This document shows positions 26,950 to 36,419 of a DNA stretch of 64,000 bases, one piece after another. The translations under genes were made by a program, and so were the position numbers. Location: contig JAFCFN010000001.1 in the NCBI GenBank assembly GCA_017608625.1, forward strand, positions 19,828 through 83,827, in the 5' to 3' direction. The number at the start of each line of letters is the position of its first letter. The stretch's first letter is position 1. This stretch comes from Candidatus Woesearchaeota archaeon (GTDB lineage: Archaea; Nanobdellota; Nanobdellia; Woesearchaeales; JAFCFN01). The notes under the pieces are model-generated. The model was not told the origin of the DNA. It ran no database searches and saw only the letters and a list, made by a program, of their open reading frames with translations.

Positions 26950-27297
26950 GTGAGAGAGGGTGATATGATGGTAAGTTTTGCTGAATGGGAAAAGCTAGAT
27001 TTGAAGATAGGTACAATAAAAGCTGTCAAACAGCACCCAAATGCTGATAAACTTTATGTTTTGTTGATAGAGATGGGTGAAGGAGAACAAGATAGAGAAT
27101 TAGTTGCCGGATTAAAAGAGCATTACTCTGAAGATGAGTTGATAGGTAAAAAAGTAATTGTTCTTGCAAATTTAGAACCAAAGATAGTAAGAGGAATTAC
27201 TTCAGAGGGCATGGTGTTGGCAGCAGATGACGGGACAAATCCTATTGCTTTGCTAACTGTTGACAGAGATGTCAATGATGGAGCAAAGGTAAGGTGA
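26950..27297 (+). CDS. tRNA-binding domain protein (Trbp111/CsaA/MetRS C-terminal-like OB fold)
   Basis: The sequence WEKLDLKIGTIKAVKQHPNADKLYVLLIEMGEG...IVLANLEPKIVRGITSEGMVLAA fits that domain. Confidence 0.7.
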   Translation: MREGDMMVSFAEWEKLDLKIGTIKAVKQHPNADKLYVLLIEMGEGEQDRELVAGLKEHYSEDELIGKKVIVLANLEPKIVRGITSEGMVLAADDGTNPIALLTVDRDVNDGAKVR

Positions 27298-28457
27298 ATG
27301 ATACTGTTTTAATTTTGGGCATAGATCCTGGTACAACTTTGGGATGTGCTATTTTGGATACAGATGGCAATCTAGTAAAGTTATTTTCTTCAAAACAATT
27401 TGGTATTTCTTCGTTGATTTCAGTGGTAGCAGATAGTGGAAAACCTTTGATCATAGCTAGCGATAAAAAAAGAACTCCAAGTTTGATTAAAAATATTTCT
27501 TCAGCTTTTGGAGCAAGAATAATAGCACCTCCTCAAGATCTAACAATAAAAGAGAAGAATTCTCTAACAACTGGTTTTAATCCAAAAAATGATCATGAAA
27601 GAGATGCTCTTGCAGCAGCTTTATTTGGTTATAAAAAAATCAGACCTTTGCTTAAAAAAATAACTTTATTTGTTAAGGAAAATAAAAAAGAAGATATTAA
27701 AGATAGGTTAATAGAAATTGTAGTAAAGAAACAGATCAGCATTAAGAAAGCTGCAAAACTACTCGAGCCTTCTGAAAAGAAAATAAAAATTGAGAAGGAA
27801 ATTATACAACCAAAACAAAGAAATCCTAATTTGATTTACACTCGACTTAGAACAGCATTAAAGGATATAAGTTTACTTAGAAGGTATAATCAAAGATTAA
27901 AGAATAAAATAAAAAAATTAAAAGAAAAAAATAAAGCGTTGTTGAACAAAACCAGAATATTGGTTTCTGATACAAAACTGACTAAGATGCTTGAATTCAA
28001 AGAGAAGAGAATACTATTTCTTGATCAAGAATTAAAGAAGAAGGATAGAGAAATCAAAATAAAAGAAGAGGAAATAGCAAAATTGAATAAATTTTTATCT
28101 AAACTGAATGAAAATTTTGTTGCTAAGAAATTAATTAATTTAAGTTGGGCAGAATTTAAGTTAAAACATAATTTGTTGAATATTCAGGAAAGTGACATAC
28201 TATTGGTACATGACCCAAATCAGTATAGTAATAAAGTTGTTGAGAAACTAAAAGACAAAATAAAATTTATTATTGTTAATAAAGATCTTAACTCTAAACT
28301 TTCATTACCCTTTGTTTTTATTCCTGCTAAAAATTTAAGGATAGAAGAAAATAAATATTTTGCTTTGGTTAATAAGGACGATTTTAATAAAGAGAAAGGT
28401 AGAATTAATTTGCTATTTGAAATTATAGAAAGTTATAAAAAGAAAAGAAGGAGCTAG
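27294..28457 (+). CDS. RNase H-fold (RuvC/YqgF-like) nuclease domain followed by a coiled-coil region (DUF460-like)
   Basis: The N-terminus LILGIDPGTTLGCAILDTDGNLVKL resembles the RuvC/YqgF motif I. The middle has coiled-coil heptads (LKNKIKKLKEKNKALLNK). Confidence 0.45.
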   Translation: MNDTVLILGIDPGTTLGCAILDTDGNLVKLFSSKQFGISSLISVVADSGKPLIIASDKKRTPSLIKNISSAFGARIIAPPQDLTIKEKNSLTTGFNPKNDHERDALAAALFGYKKIRPLLKKITLFVKENKKEDIKDRLIEIVVKKQISIKKAAKLLEPSEKKIKIEKEIIQPKQRNPNLIYTRLRTALKDISLLRRYNQRLKNKIKKLKEKNKALLNKTRILVSDTKLTKMLEFKEKRILFLDQELKKKDREIKIKEEEIAKLNKFLSKLNENFVAKKLINLSWAEFKLKHNLLNIQESDILLVHDPNQYSNKVVEKLKDKIKFIIVNKDLNSKLSLPFVFIPAKNLRIEENKYFALVNKDDFNKEKGRINLLFEIIESYKKKRRS

Positions 28458-28463
28458 TATAGT

Positions 28464-29042
28464 ATGGATCTAAAAGAAATTTGGCATTTTATATGGGAGG
28501 AAGATTCTTTGTTAAGTTGGGTTGTGAATATAATTTTAGCTTTTGTTATAATTAAATTTATTCTTTACCCTGGCTTAGGTCTAATTTTAAATACTTCATA
28601 TCCAATTGTAGCTGTTGTTAGTTCATCAATGGAGCATAATATAGGTTTCGATGAATGGTGGCAGAACAACGGGAATTTTTACTTAGGTTTTAATATTACA
28701 AAAGAAGAATTCTCTAAATTTGATTTTAAGAATGGATTTAATAAAGGCGATATAATGATACTTGTAGGCAAATCTCCAGAGAAAATAGATGTTGGAGAAA
28801 TAATTGTTTACAGAAGCAAAAGGCCAGATCCTATAATTCACAGAGTTATTGATAAATGGCAAGAGAATGGAAAGTGGTTTTTTCAAACAAAAGGTGATAA
28901 TAATATTGCACAGATAAAAACAAATGATTTAGACGAAACAAGGGTTACAGAAGAACAATTAATAGGTAAGGCCTTGCTTAGAATTCCTTTATTGGGATAT
29001 ATTAAAATAATTTTTGTGGAAATAATTAATTTTTTCAGGTGA
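28464..29042 (+). CDS. Signal peptidase I (archaeal/ER-type S26B)
   Basis: An N-terminal TM precedes the serine box VVSSSMEH, the GDIMIL segment and IIHRVID. Confidence 0.7.
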   Translation: MDLKEIWHFIWEEDSLLSWVVNIILAFVIIKFILYPGLGLILNTSYPIVAVVSSSMEHNIGFDEWWQNNGNFYLGFNITKEEFSKFDFKNGFNKGDIMILVGKSPEKIDVGEIIVYRSKRPDPIIHRVIDKWQENGKWFFQTKGDNNIAQIKTNDLDETRVTEEQLIGKALLRIPLLGYIKIIFVEIINFFR

Positions 29043-29046
29043 AAAA

Positions 29047-29361
29047 ATGCTCTTTTGTCCTAAATGCGGATCTTTGCTTAAACCAAAAATAGAAGGAAAT
29101 AAGAAATTTTTAATTTGTTCTTGTGGATATAAAGCAGAGACAGAAGGAGTTCATTTAAAGGAGACAGTAACAAAGCAAACCCAAAAAGTAGAGGTTGCTG
29201 AAGAAAAGATGGATGCATTGCCAAAGACCTTTGCAGAGTGCCCTAAATGTGGAAATAAAGAGGCTTATTGGTGGATGGTTCAGACAAGAGCAGCTGATGA
29301 AGCTGCCACAAGATTTTTAAGATGTACTAAATGTAAGCATACTTGGAGAGAATATGACTGA
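29047..29361 (+). CDS. tfs: Transcription factor S (TFIIS-type zinc ribbon; RNAP subunit M paralog)
   Basis: The N-terminal ribbon CPKCGS...CSCGY and the C-terminal ribbon CPKCGNKEAYWWMVQTRAADEAATRFLRCTKCKHTW carry the RSADE-like acidic loop. Confidence 0.8.
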   Translation: MLFCPKCGSLLKPKIEGNKKFLICSCGYKAETEGVHLKETVTKQTQKVEVAEEKMDALPKTFAECPKCGNKEAYWWMVQTRAADEAATRFLRCTKCKHTWREYD

Positions 29362-29575
29362 AAATTTTAAGGTTATTGTAAAACCCAATTCTTCTAAAAA
29401 TGAGATAATCGATTTTGATAAAAACAATAATGTGTTAACAGTTAGGATTGCTGCTCCTCCTGCGAAGGATAAAGCAAACAAGGAATTAACAAAATTTCTT
29501 TCCAAGAAGTTTAAAAAGAAAGTTAGTATTGTGAAAGGTTTGAAGAGTAGAGAAAAAATAATTACTCTTTTTTAA
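29354..29575 (+). CDS. DUF167 (YggU/UPF0235) family protein
   Basis: The sequence KVIVKPNSSKNEIIDFD...LTVRIAAPPAKDKANKEL fits that family. Confidence 0.55.
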   Translation: MTENFKVIVKPNSSKNEIIDFDKNNNVLTVRIAAPPAKDKANKELTKFLSKKFKKKVSIVKGLKSREKIITLF

Positions 29576-30599
29576 TCCAGTCTTTTACATTAAATTTTTT
29601 GATTAATCCATTGCTTTGTTTTATAATCACTTGTTTTAGACCTGCATTAATTATTACTCTTTTACATAACTTACAAGGTTCTATGCCACAAATCATATTA
29701 GTTTTAACATCCCTTCCAAATAAATATAGTACGCCTCCTAAAACAGATGTTCCAGCTCTTGCTGCATTAATTATTGCGTTCATCTCAGCATGAACTGATC
29801 TGCAAAGCTCATACCTTTCTCCAGAAGGAATCTTCAGTTCTTCTCTTATGCATTTTCCAATATCAGTACAATTTTTTGCCCCTCTTGCTGCTCCACAATA
29901 GCCAGAAGAAATTATTTGGTCCTCTTTTACAATTATTGCTCCAAACTGCCTTCTTAAACAAGTAGCTCTTCTAGAAACTGCTTCAGCTATACCCAAATAA
30001 TATTCATCTTTTGATGGCCTTTTTTTGATTAATTTTAATCTTAGATCATAAACTAATCTATCAAGTTTGTTGTATAATTCTTTAAATCCTTTATCATGAA
30101 TAATTGTTATTTTTGCCATTTTTTGGCATTTTTTGAGCTGTTGTCCTGGACCTTTTATTTGAGATTCTTTTTTTTCTAACTTTAAAAATTCCTTAAATGT
30201 TTTTGGATCCTCTTCCCTATTTCTTGCCTTCATCCTTTCAAATCTTAATTTTGCAGGAGCATGTATATTAATTAAAAAGAAATCAGGCCTTTTTCTTAGG
30301 GCATTTATTTCAGCAGGATGTCTTATTGAATTGACAACATAATCTTTTTGATCCTTAAATGTTTCTAACGCTCTCTCAGCTAAAACAGCATTACCATATT
30401 TCTCTCTTAATTCATTTCCTAGCTTTTGCAAGTTTTCTCTTGTTTTCTTTATTCCTCTTCTATCAGCTTCTTCTCTAATGGCGTCTGATAAAGAATAATG
30501 AATGAAACCTTTTTTAACAAGATATTCTGCTGCAGTGTCTTTTCCAGCACAAAAACTGCCAGTTAATCCAATTATCATACTTTTCTTATCAATAAACAT
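29562..30599 (-). CDS. Fusion protein: P-loop nucleoside/nucleotide kinase-like domain plus dCMP deaminase (zinc cytidine-deaminase fold)
   Basis: The N-terminal P-loop is IIGLTGSFCAGKDTAAEYL. The C-terminal domain has HAEMNAI (H-A-E) and PCKLCKRVI (PCxxC), the dCMP/CMP deaminase zinc ligands. Confidence 0.65.
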   Translation of the reverse strand: MFIDKKSMIIGLTGSFCAGKDTAAEYLVKKGFIHYSLSDAIREEADRRGIKKTRENLQKLGNELREKYGNAVLAERALETFKDQKDYVVNSIRHPAEINALRKRPDFFLINIHAPAKLRFERMKARNREEDPKTFKEFLKLEKKESQIKGPGQQLKKCQKMAKITIIHDKGFKELYNKLDRLVYDLRLKLIKKRPSKDEYYLGIAEAVSRRATCLRRQFGAIIVKEDQIISSGYCGAARGAKNCTDIGKCIREELKIPSGERYELCRSVHAEMNAIINAARAGTSVLGGVLYLFGRDVKTNMICGIEPCKLCKRVIINAGLKQVIIKQSNGLIKKFNVKDWIKKE

Positions 30600-30681
30600 T
30601 TATTAAAATTTTACTATTCTAAAATAGTTATGATTGAGGATATAAATGTTTAAATATTGTAATTAAGAATTTTTAATTAAG

Positions 30682-31410
30682 TTGGAGGGATGTATGGAGT
30701 CTAAGCTTAATATTAAACTTCTTAAATATACGCCAAATCCAATAGAAACTATTGCAATGGCTGCCAAGCTTTGCTATTCACCTAGTAATATAAGCAATTT
30801 AGAGGAAAAGATATCTAATCAAGATCAGATAAAATTTGTGGAATATCTAGTAAAAGTAGGTCATCATTCTCCTCTTGAACATGCGTCTTTTACTTTTGGT
30901 ATAGAAGGTATTTCTAGAGCTTGCTCGCATCAGTTAGTTAGACATAGGATTGCATCGTATTCCCAACAAAGCCAAAGATATGTTAGAGCCAATGATTTTG
31001 ATTATATAATTCCACCTTCAATTAAGGAGGCTGGTTTGGAAGAAGAGTTTAGAAAGGATATGGAGTATCTACAAAAAAGATACAATTTTTATAATGAAAA
31101 ATTAGGCAATAAAGGAGAGAAGTCTAATCAGGATGCAAGATTTATTTTACCGAATGCTGCAGAGACAAAGATTGTTGTCACAATGAATGCGAGAGAACTA
31201 TTATATTTCTTCTCCAAAAGAACATGTAATAGAGCTCAGTGGGAAATAAGAAATATGGCAAAAGAAATGTTAAAGTTAGTTTATCCTGTTGCTCCTGCTA
31301 TTTTCAAATATGCTGGACCATCATGTGTAACAGACAGATGTCACGAAGGAAAGTTAAGTTGCGGCAAAGCTAATGAGGTAAAAAAGGAGTTTGAAAACTT
31401 TTTCAAATGA
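30682..31410 (+). CDS. thyX: Flavin-dependent thymidylate synthase
   Basis: The ThyX motif RHRIASYSQQSQRY (RHRxxSxxxxSxR) is present. Confidence 0.85.
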   Translation: MEGCMESKLNIKLLKYTPNPIETIAMAAKLCYSPSNISNLEEKISNQDQIKFVEYLVKVGHHSPLEHASFTFGIEGISRACSHQLVRHRIASYSQQSQRYVRANDFDYIIPPSIKEAGLEEEFRKDMEYLQKRYNFYNEKLGNKGEKSNQDARFILPNAAETKIVVTMNARELLYFFSKRTCNRAQWEIRNMAKEMLKLVYPVAPAIFKYAGPSCVTDRCHEGKLSCGKANEVKKEFENFFK

Positions 31411-32009
31411 GAAGCTATTTTATTGTTTTGGAAGGAATAGATGGTTGTGGTAAAGGGACAATAGCAACCAAACTAGTTGAATATCTATTTAGAAAAAATA
31501 AAAAATATTCTGTTATATTAACAAGAGAGCCAACTTATGGTAAATATGGAGCTAGGATCAGACAGATTCTAGCAAAAGAGAAAGATCCTATTGCTGGCGC
31601 TAAAAAATGTTTTTATTTATATGTTAAGGATAGAAAAGATCATTCAAAAAAACTTATCCTGCCCCTTTACAAACAAAGTGGAAATATTATAATTTCTGAT
31701 AGATATTATCATTCAACAGTGGCTTTTCAGCATGTACAGGGAAATTCTATGACAAAGTTGATTAAAGTACATAAAAAATTTCTAAGACCAGATTTAACAA
31801 TAATTCTTGATCTTCCTGCAAAGAAAGCCATTGGGAGATGTGGTGGGAAAGAAAAATTTGAGGAGTTAAATTTTCTAGAAAAAGTAAGAAAAGTTTATCT
31901 TAAATTTCCAGTATTATTGGATGAAAATATTTTAATAATAAATGCTGACCAGAGTAAAGCAAAGGTTTTAAAAGATGTCAAAATAGCTATTGATAAATTA
32001 ATCTATTGA
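31407..32009 (+). CDS. tmk: Thymidylate kinase
   Basis: A P-loop (IVLEGIDGCGKGT) is present and the DRY segment is conserved (ISDRYYHST). Confidence 0.8.
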   Translation: MRSYFIVLEGIDGCGKGTIATKLVEYLFRKNKKYSVILTREPTYGKYGARIRQILAKEKDPIAGAKKCFYLYVKDRKDHSKKLILPLYKQSGNIIISDRYYHSTVAFQHVQGNSMTKLIKVHKKFLRPDLTIILDLPAKKAIGRCGGKEKFEELNFLEKVRKVYLKFPVLLDENILIINADQSKAKVLKDVKIAIDKLIY

Positions 32010-32076
32010 TTTTTTTCCTCATTATCATCTTTAATAAATTCTGTTAATTCTCTATTATTCTTTATTGTTTCATAAC

Positions 32077-32346
32077 TTATTTTTTTATCATTTGGGTAAT
32101 GCATTCTACCACCTCTTTTTTTGTTGGCATTTCTCCCTGCCATGATTTGATTACATCTTCATTATCATCAACCAATAAGATAACAGGTGTTGTTGCTATT
32201 GAATAAAAACTAGCTTCTGCTAGACCATCCCTTTCAGCAGTGTTATACCTTTCTACTACTACCCCTTCTTTTTCAAGCTCATCGCATAATTCTTTAGCTT
32301 TAGGACATTTTGGGCAGTTTGGTTGCCAAAAAAGTTTTATTTTCAT
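32077..32346 (-). CDS. Glutaredoxin/thioredoxin-like small redox protein (NrdH-like)
   Basis: An N-terminal CPKC active site (WQPNCPKCPKAKE) is present. The gene is 89 aa and sits directly upstream of nrdD in the same operon. Confidence 0.6.
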   Translation of the reverse strand: MKIKLFWQPNCPKCPKAKELCDELEKEGVVVERYNTAERDGLAEASFYSIATTPVILLVDDNEDVIKSWQGEMPTKKEVVECITQMIKK

Positions 32347-34421
32347 TGTAACTCACTCCTATGTCTATCTTTAAGTTCTGCTAGTTTACCTTTGTTCCAA
32401 GAGCTAACTTTTGAAAAAAATCCAGTAACTCTTGTTATGTGTTCTATGTTACTTGAGTTACAAAAAGGGCAAGTTTCCTGTAACCCTCTTGCTGTTTTGT
32501 TGCAATCTATGCAAGTTGTGAATTCAGGAGAAAATGCGATTTGATCGTTTGTTGTATTCTTGAACGTTTTAATAACAAAATTGGAGATAGATGGTGGCAA
32601 AGGCTTGGATTCTCCTAACCAAACATGAGTTAGTGCGCCTGCTTCTATCATTGGATGGAATAAACCTTCGTCATGCACTCTTTTAATTGGATCAATAGGA
32701 GCACTAATATTATAGTAAGTACTATTTGTGTAGTAAACCTCGTTTTTACCCACATTACCCTTAACAACCTGGCTTGCGTGTATTGGATAATGTTTTAAAT
32801 CAAGTTTTGCTAATCTATACGCTGTTGATTCAGCAGGAGTCTGTTCTAAGGCCAATTTTATATTATTTTTCTTTGCTAATCTTTCAGCCTCTTTATTCAT
32901 GTGAGCAATCACTTTCAACCCAAATTTTAAGGAAGATTTGCTTTCATGCATTTCTTGACCAGTAAAATGCTGTACCATTTCATTTAAACCAAGCATTCCT
33001 ATCAAAAAACTTGCATTATTGAATCTATAGTATGGTTCACCATCTTTTTCCATTGCTAATAAAGATAAAGGTCCTGCTTTGCCTAGATCAAGCAAAGATT
33101 TGATAAATGCTCTTTTTTCTAAATGAGCTCTTATTGCAAGTTCTATTCTTTTTGTTAATAACTCAAAAAGTTCATCTTCGTTTCTACTCTCATAAGCGAT
33201 TCTTGGAAGATTAATAGTTACATTTTGCATAGCAGAGTATCTCATCTTCCAAGGAGTTAGGGCATCCTCTAAATCTGATTTTCTTAGTTTGAATGCTAGT
33301 CTGCAACATTCTGAAATCTTTGCTGTTTCACCTCTATCAAATACATAGTAAGTGTTACCTTTTTCAGCAGAAACTTTAGATATAAGATCAAGAAATTCTT
33401 CATGGCCTTCTGTTCTAAAAAATTCTTCAGTCATATGTACTTCTGGCTTTGGAAAGAAGAAAGGTCTACCATTTGCATCCCCTTCTAGATAAACATTAAA
33501 TAATGCTTTTGCAAATTTTTGAGCTTCTGGGAGATAGTCTGAATATGTGTTGCCTGTGAATTTTCCTCCTGGCCCTATTGCCTTTACCTCTCTGAAGTGT
33601 TTTGGGCATTCCCAATATATATTAAGGTCTGAAAATATACTCTGGCCACCTCTCGCAACAGCTTGCTGAGCAAACTCATATACTAGTACTTGGGCTAGTT
33701 GTTTTAGTTCTTTCTCATTCATACCTGTGAGATAAGGAGCTAAGAAGATGTTAACAGCATCCCATCCAATTGCTCCTGCAAAGCACCCTTGTAAAGCTGC
33801 TGAAAATTTGATTAGATGTTCTAATAAAACTAGAGCATATTTTGCTGGTCTTGCAATTGAAAGAGAGTTTGGCAAACTTAAACCAAATTTAGCAACATAA
33901 GCCATATTGTTCCCAGAACAATAAGGCCTGTCAATAAAACCAAGATCATGAATATGAATATCTCCTTTCATATGAGCTAAGCTGATATCAGAAGAAAAAA
34001 CATTCATTAAAGCGTATTCTTTTTTTATCCCTTCAGCAAGAGTAAGATTAGTTGCTTCTGGTCCATGAGGAATATTTGCATTTTCTTTATTATGGGCTCT
34101 GATTATCTGTCCAACATCATAAATAGGAAAGCCTAATCTGGCGTGTTTGTTTCTTATATCTTCTAAACCATATTCAACAAGTTTTGCATTTGTCAATTCT
34201 CTTACTAAAGGCGCTGTTATATTTTTCACTCCAGCGTTTTTTATCATGTTTTCAACTTCTCTGCTAACTATATCTGCAACAACAGGATCTATTCCAGTTT
34301 CTCTTATTAGAGCATTAACTATTTTTTGCCTGTTCCATTTTACAAGATCTTTGCTAGAAGTTCTTACAAATAAAGCTATTTCAGTACTATCCTCTTTTTC
34401 CATCCTAAAATTGGGAAACAT
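32343..34421 (-). CDS. nrdD: Anaerobic ribonucleoside-triphosphate reductase (class III)
   Basis: The N-terminus is ATP-cone-like. The C-terminal zinc ribbon is CIDCNKTARGLQETCPFCNS, and the glycyl-radical motif is TRVTGFF. Confidence 0.8.
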   Translation of the reverse strand: MFPNFRMEKEDSTEIALFVRTSSKDLVKWNRQKIVNALIRETGIDPVVADIVSREVENMIKNAGVKNITAPLVRELTNAKLVEYGLEDIRNKHARLGFPIYDVGQIIRAHNKENANIPHGPEATNLTLAEGIKKEYALMNVFSSDISLAHMKGDIHIHDLGFIDRPYCSGNNMAYVAKFGLSLPNSLSIARPAKYALVLLEHLIKFSAALQGCFAGAIGWDAVNIFLAPYLTGMNEKELKQLAQVLVYEFAQQAVARGGQSIFSDLNIYWECPKHFREVKAIGPGGKFTGNTYSDYLPEAQKFAKALFNVYLEGDANGRPFFFPKPEVHMTEEFFRTEGHEEFLDLISKVSAEKGNTYYVFDRGETAKISECCRLAFKLRKSDLEDALTPWKMRYSAMQNVTINLPRIAYESRNEDELFELLTKRIELAIRAHLEKRAFIKSLLDLGKAGPLSLLAMEKDGEPYYRFNNASFLIGMLGLNEMVQHFTGQEMHESKSSLKFGLKVIAHMNKEAERLAKKNNIKLALEQTPAESTAYRLAKLDLKHYPIHASQVVKGNVGKNEVYYTNSTYYNISAPIDPIKRVHDEGLFHPMIEAGALTHVWLGESKPLPPSISNFVIKTFKNTTNDQIAFSPEFTTCIDCNKTARGLQETCPFCNSSNIEHITRVTGFFSKVSSWNKGKLAELKDRHRSELQ

Positions 34422-34587
34422 ATCAAATATTTAAATAATGTTAAACTAAGAAATATATAAAAGATAAAGATAATTTTCTTATGAAAAAGAAGCTTAAAAA
34501 GAAGGTTATTTTTTATTTTATTGGTTTATTAAAGCCTTTTTCCAAAAATTCCATTAGAAATAAAGGTTTGTTCTATTTGAAATAGAG

Positions 34588-35076
34588 CTAACTTGCTTTG
34601 TATTGTAAGAATGATGTCTTGTTCTGATGCAAAATCTTACCATTTATTGCATCAATTTTAAGATTTATTACATTGAATGACTTAGTTAAATAAGTAATGT
34701 TCCAAACTGTACCCATATCAAGGTTCTGCAGAATTGCTATTGTTTCTGCTATTATTTCCTTGTGTTTCTTTTGTTCTCTCTCTGCTATATCCAGTGCTTT
34801 ATCCAAGTTTATTTTTATCTTATCTATATCTAGTTTATGCAAAATTCCTTGTTTTTTAAAAATATCAGCAGGAGGGCTTATTTTTATTTTTTCTTCCATA
34901 AAGAAAGCAGTTACTTTGTCTGCTTTTTTATCATAATATCCAATTTGCCATGCCGTTTGTTTATCTCCTTTTAGCATAATGAAACCATGAACTAGGTATG
35001 TTTGTTTATTTTGCTTTTTCCATTCTTTGAATTCTTTACTATTATGCAATCTTTCTACTTCTTGTTTTAGGCCCAT
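34588..35076 (-). CDS. Hypothetical protein
   Basis: The ORF has coding-like composition and no motif I recognise. Confidence 0.3.
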   Translation of the reverse strand: MGLKQEVERLHNSKEFKEWKKQNKQTYLVHGFIMLKGDKQTAWQIGYYDKKADKVTAFFMEEKIKISPPADIFKKQGILHKLDIDKIKINLDKALDIAEREQKKHKEIIAETIAILQNLDMGTVWNITYLTKSFNVINLKIDAINGKILHQNKTSFLQYKAS

Positions 35077-35133
35077 ATCTTGTGAGTTAACTTAGTAGTA
35101 TATTAAATTTTGCATTCAAAAAGCTTTTAAATC

Positions 35134-36108
35134 TTGTTTTTATGGTCATTAGATATGGTACAGATAAGCGCCAAATTAAAGTCATTATTGGAGAAACAGC
35201 ATTATGAAGTAGTTGGTAGACACTCTGCTGTTGAGATTTGTGGTTGGACAAAGAAGAGCTTATTAGATAAAGGATATTGTTATAAGCAAAAGTTTTATGG
35301 AATTAAAAGTCATAGATGCTGTCAGATGACTCCTTCAGTAGGTTTCTGTAATCAGAGATGTATATTCTGCTGGAGAGCAATTGAAGAAACAGTAGGCAAT
35401 AAAATGGACAGAGATGTTGATGATCCTAATGAAATTATTAAAGGCTGTTTAGAAGCTCAAAGAAGAAAGCTCTCTGGTTTTGGTGGGAATCCAAAGTTGA
35501 ACAAAAAAAAATTCAAAGAAGCTCAAGATCCTATGCATTTTGCAATATCTCTTGCTGGAGAGCCTACATTATATCCAAAACTACCTGATTTAATAAAAGA
35601 ATTGCATAAACAAGGGAAAACAACATTCCTTGTTACAAATGGAACTAATCCCGCCATGCTTAAAAGGTTGATAAGGGAAAATGCTATGCCAACTCAGCTT
35701 TATATTAGTCTAGATGCTCCAAATAAAGAGTTATATAAAAAAATAGATATGCCTGTAATAAAAGGTGGTTGGGAAAGATTGCAACAAAGTCTAGCTTTGA
35801 TGAAAAAATTCAAGAGAAATGTTCTTAGAATAACCGCTATAAAAGGTTTAAATATGGAGCATGCTGAACAATACGCTGCTTTGATCAAGAAATATAAGCC
35901 ATTGTTTGTTGAGGTTAAGGCTTATATGTGGGTGGGATGGAGCAGGAAGAGATTAAGTATTGAGAATATGCCCTTGCATTCTGATATTAAAAGATTTTCC
36001 AAAGAAATTGCTAAATATTCTGGTTACAAGATAATTGATGAAAAGAAAGAGAGTAGAGTTTGCTTGCTTGCTGAAAAGGATTTTAAAGACAGGAAATTAC
36101 GGTTCTAA
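35134..36108 (+). CDS. taw1: tRNA 4-demethylwyosine synthase (radical SAM, Taw1/TYW1)
   Basis: A CxxxCxxC cluster (FCNQRCIFCW) follows extra Cys residues (SHRCCQMTPS). The string AVEICGWTKKSLLDKGYCYKQKFYGIKSH and the later AISLAGEPTLYP closely resemble archaeal Taw1 as I recall it. The true start is probably the internal MVQIS. Confidence 0.7.
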   Translation: MFLWSLDMVQISAKLKSLLEKQHYEVVGRHSAVEICGWTKKSLLDKGYCYKQKFYGIKSHRCCQMTPSVGFCNQRCIFCWRAIEETVGNKMDRDVDDPNEIIKGCLEAQRRKLSGFGGNPKLNKKKFKEAQDPMHFAISLAGEPTLYPKLPDLIKELHKQGKTTFLVTNGTNPAMLKRLIRENAMPTQLYISLDAPNKELYKKIDMPVIKGGWERLQQSLALMKKFKRNVLRITAIKGLNMEHAEQYAALIKKYKPLFVEVKAYMWVGWSRKRLSIENMPLHSDIKRFSKEIAKYSGYKIIDEKKESRVCLLAEKDFKDRKLRF

Positions 36109-36170
36109 ATTTCAAAATATATTTCTTTTTACAACAATAATTAAATAGGTGGTTTGTTCTTTATTGTTTT

Positions 36171-36416
36171 ATGACTATAGATTCTATTGTTGGTGATGAT
36201 GGAATTAATTTAAGCCATCCTGTTGTGAAATTATTTAGGAAGTTGATGCTACAAGAAGAAGCAAAAAAACAAAATTCAGACATATATTGTCCTAACTGTA
36301 AGACAAATTTGCCTCATAGACCGCCTTTTGTCGCATGGGATAATGAGAAAGCTAAACCTTCTTATTTTTGTACCCTTTGTCAGAAGGAATTCTATGACTT
36401 GAACTCTATGACTTGA
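36171..36416 (+). CDS. Hypothetical small Cys-pair protein
   Basis: The pairs CPNCK...CTLCQ are present. Confidence 0.3.
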   Translation: MTIDSIVGDDGINLSHPVVKLFRKLMLQEEAKKQNSDIYCPNCKTNLPHRPPFVAWDNEKAKPSYFCTLCQKEFYDLNSMT

Positions 36417-36419
36417 ACA

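Noticed and set aside
35134-36108. A radical SAM protein near nrdD, initially considered as the class III RNR activase NrdG.
   Set aside because: At 324 aa it is too long. The extra Cys pair before CxxxCxxC and long stretches matching archaeal Taw1/TYW1 point to tRNA wyosine biosynthesis instead.
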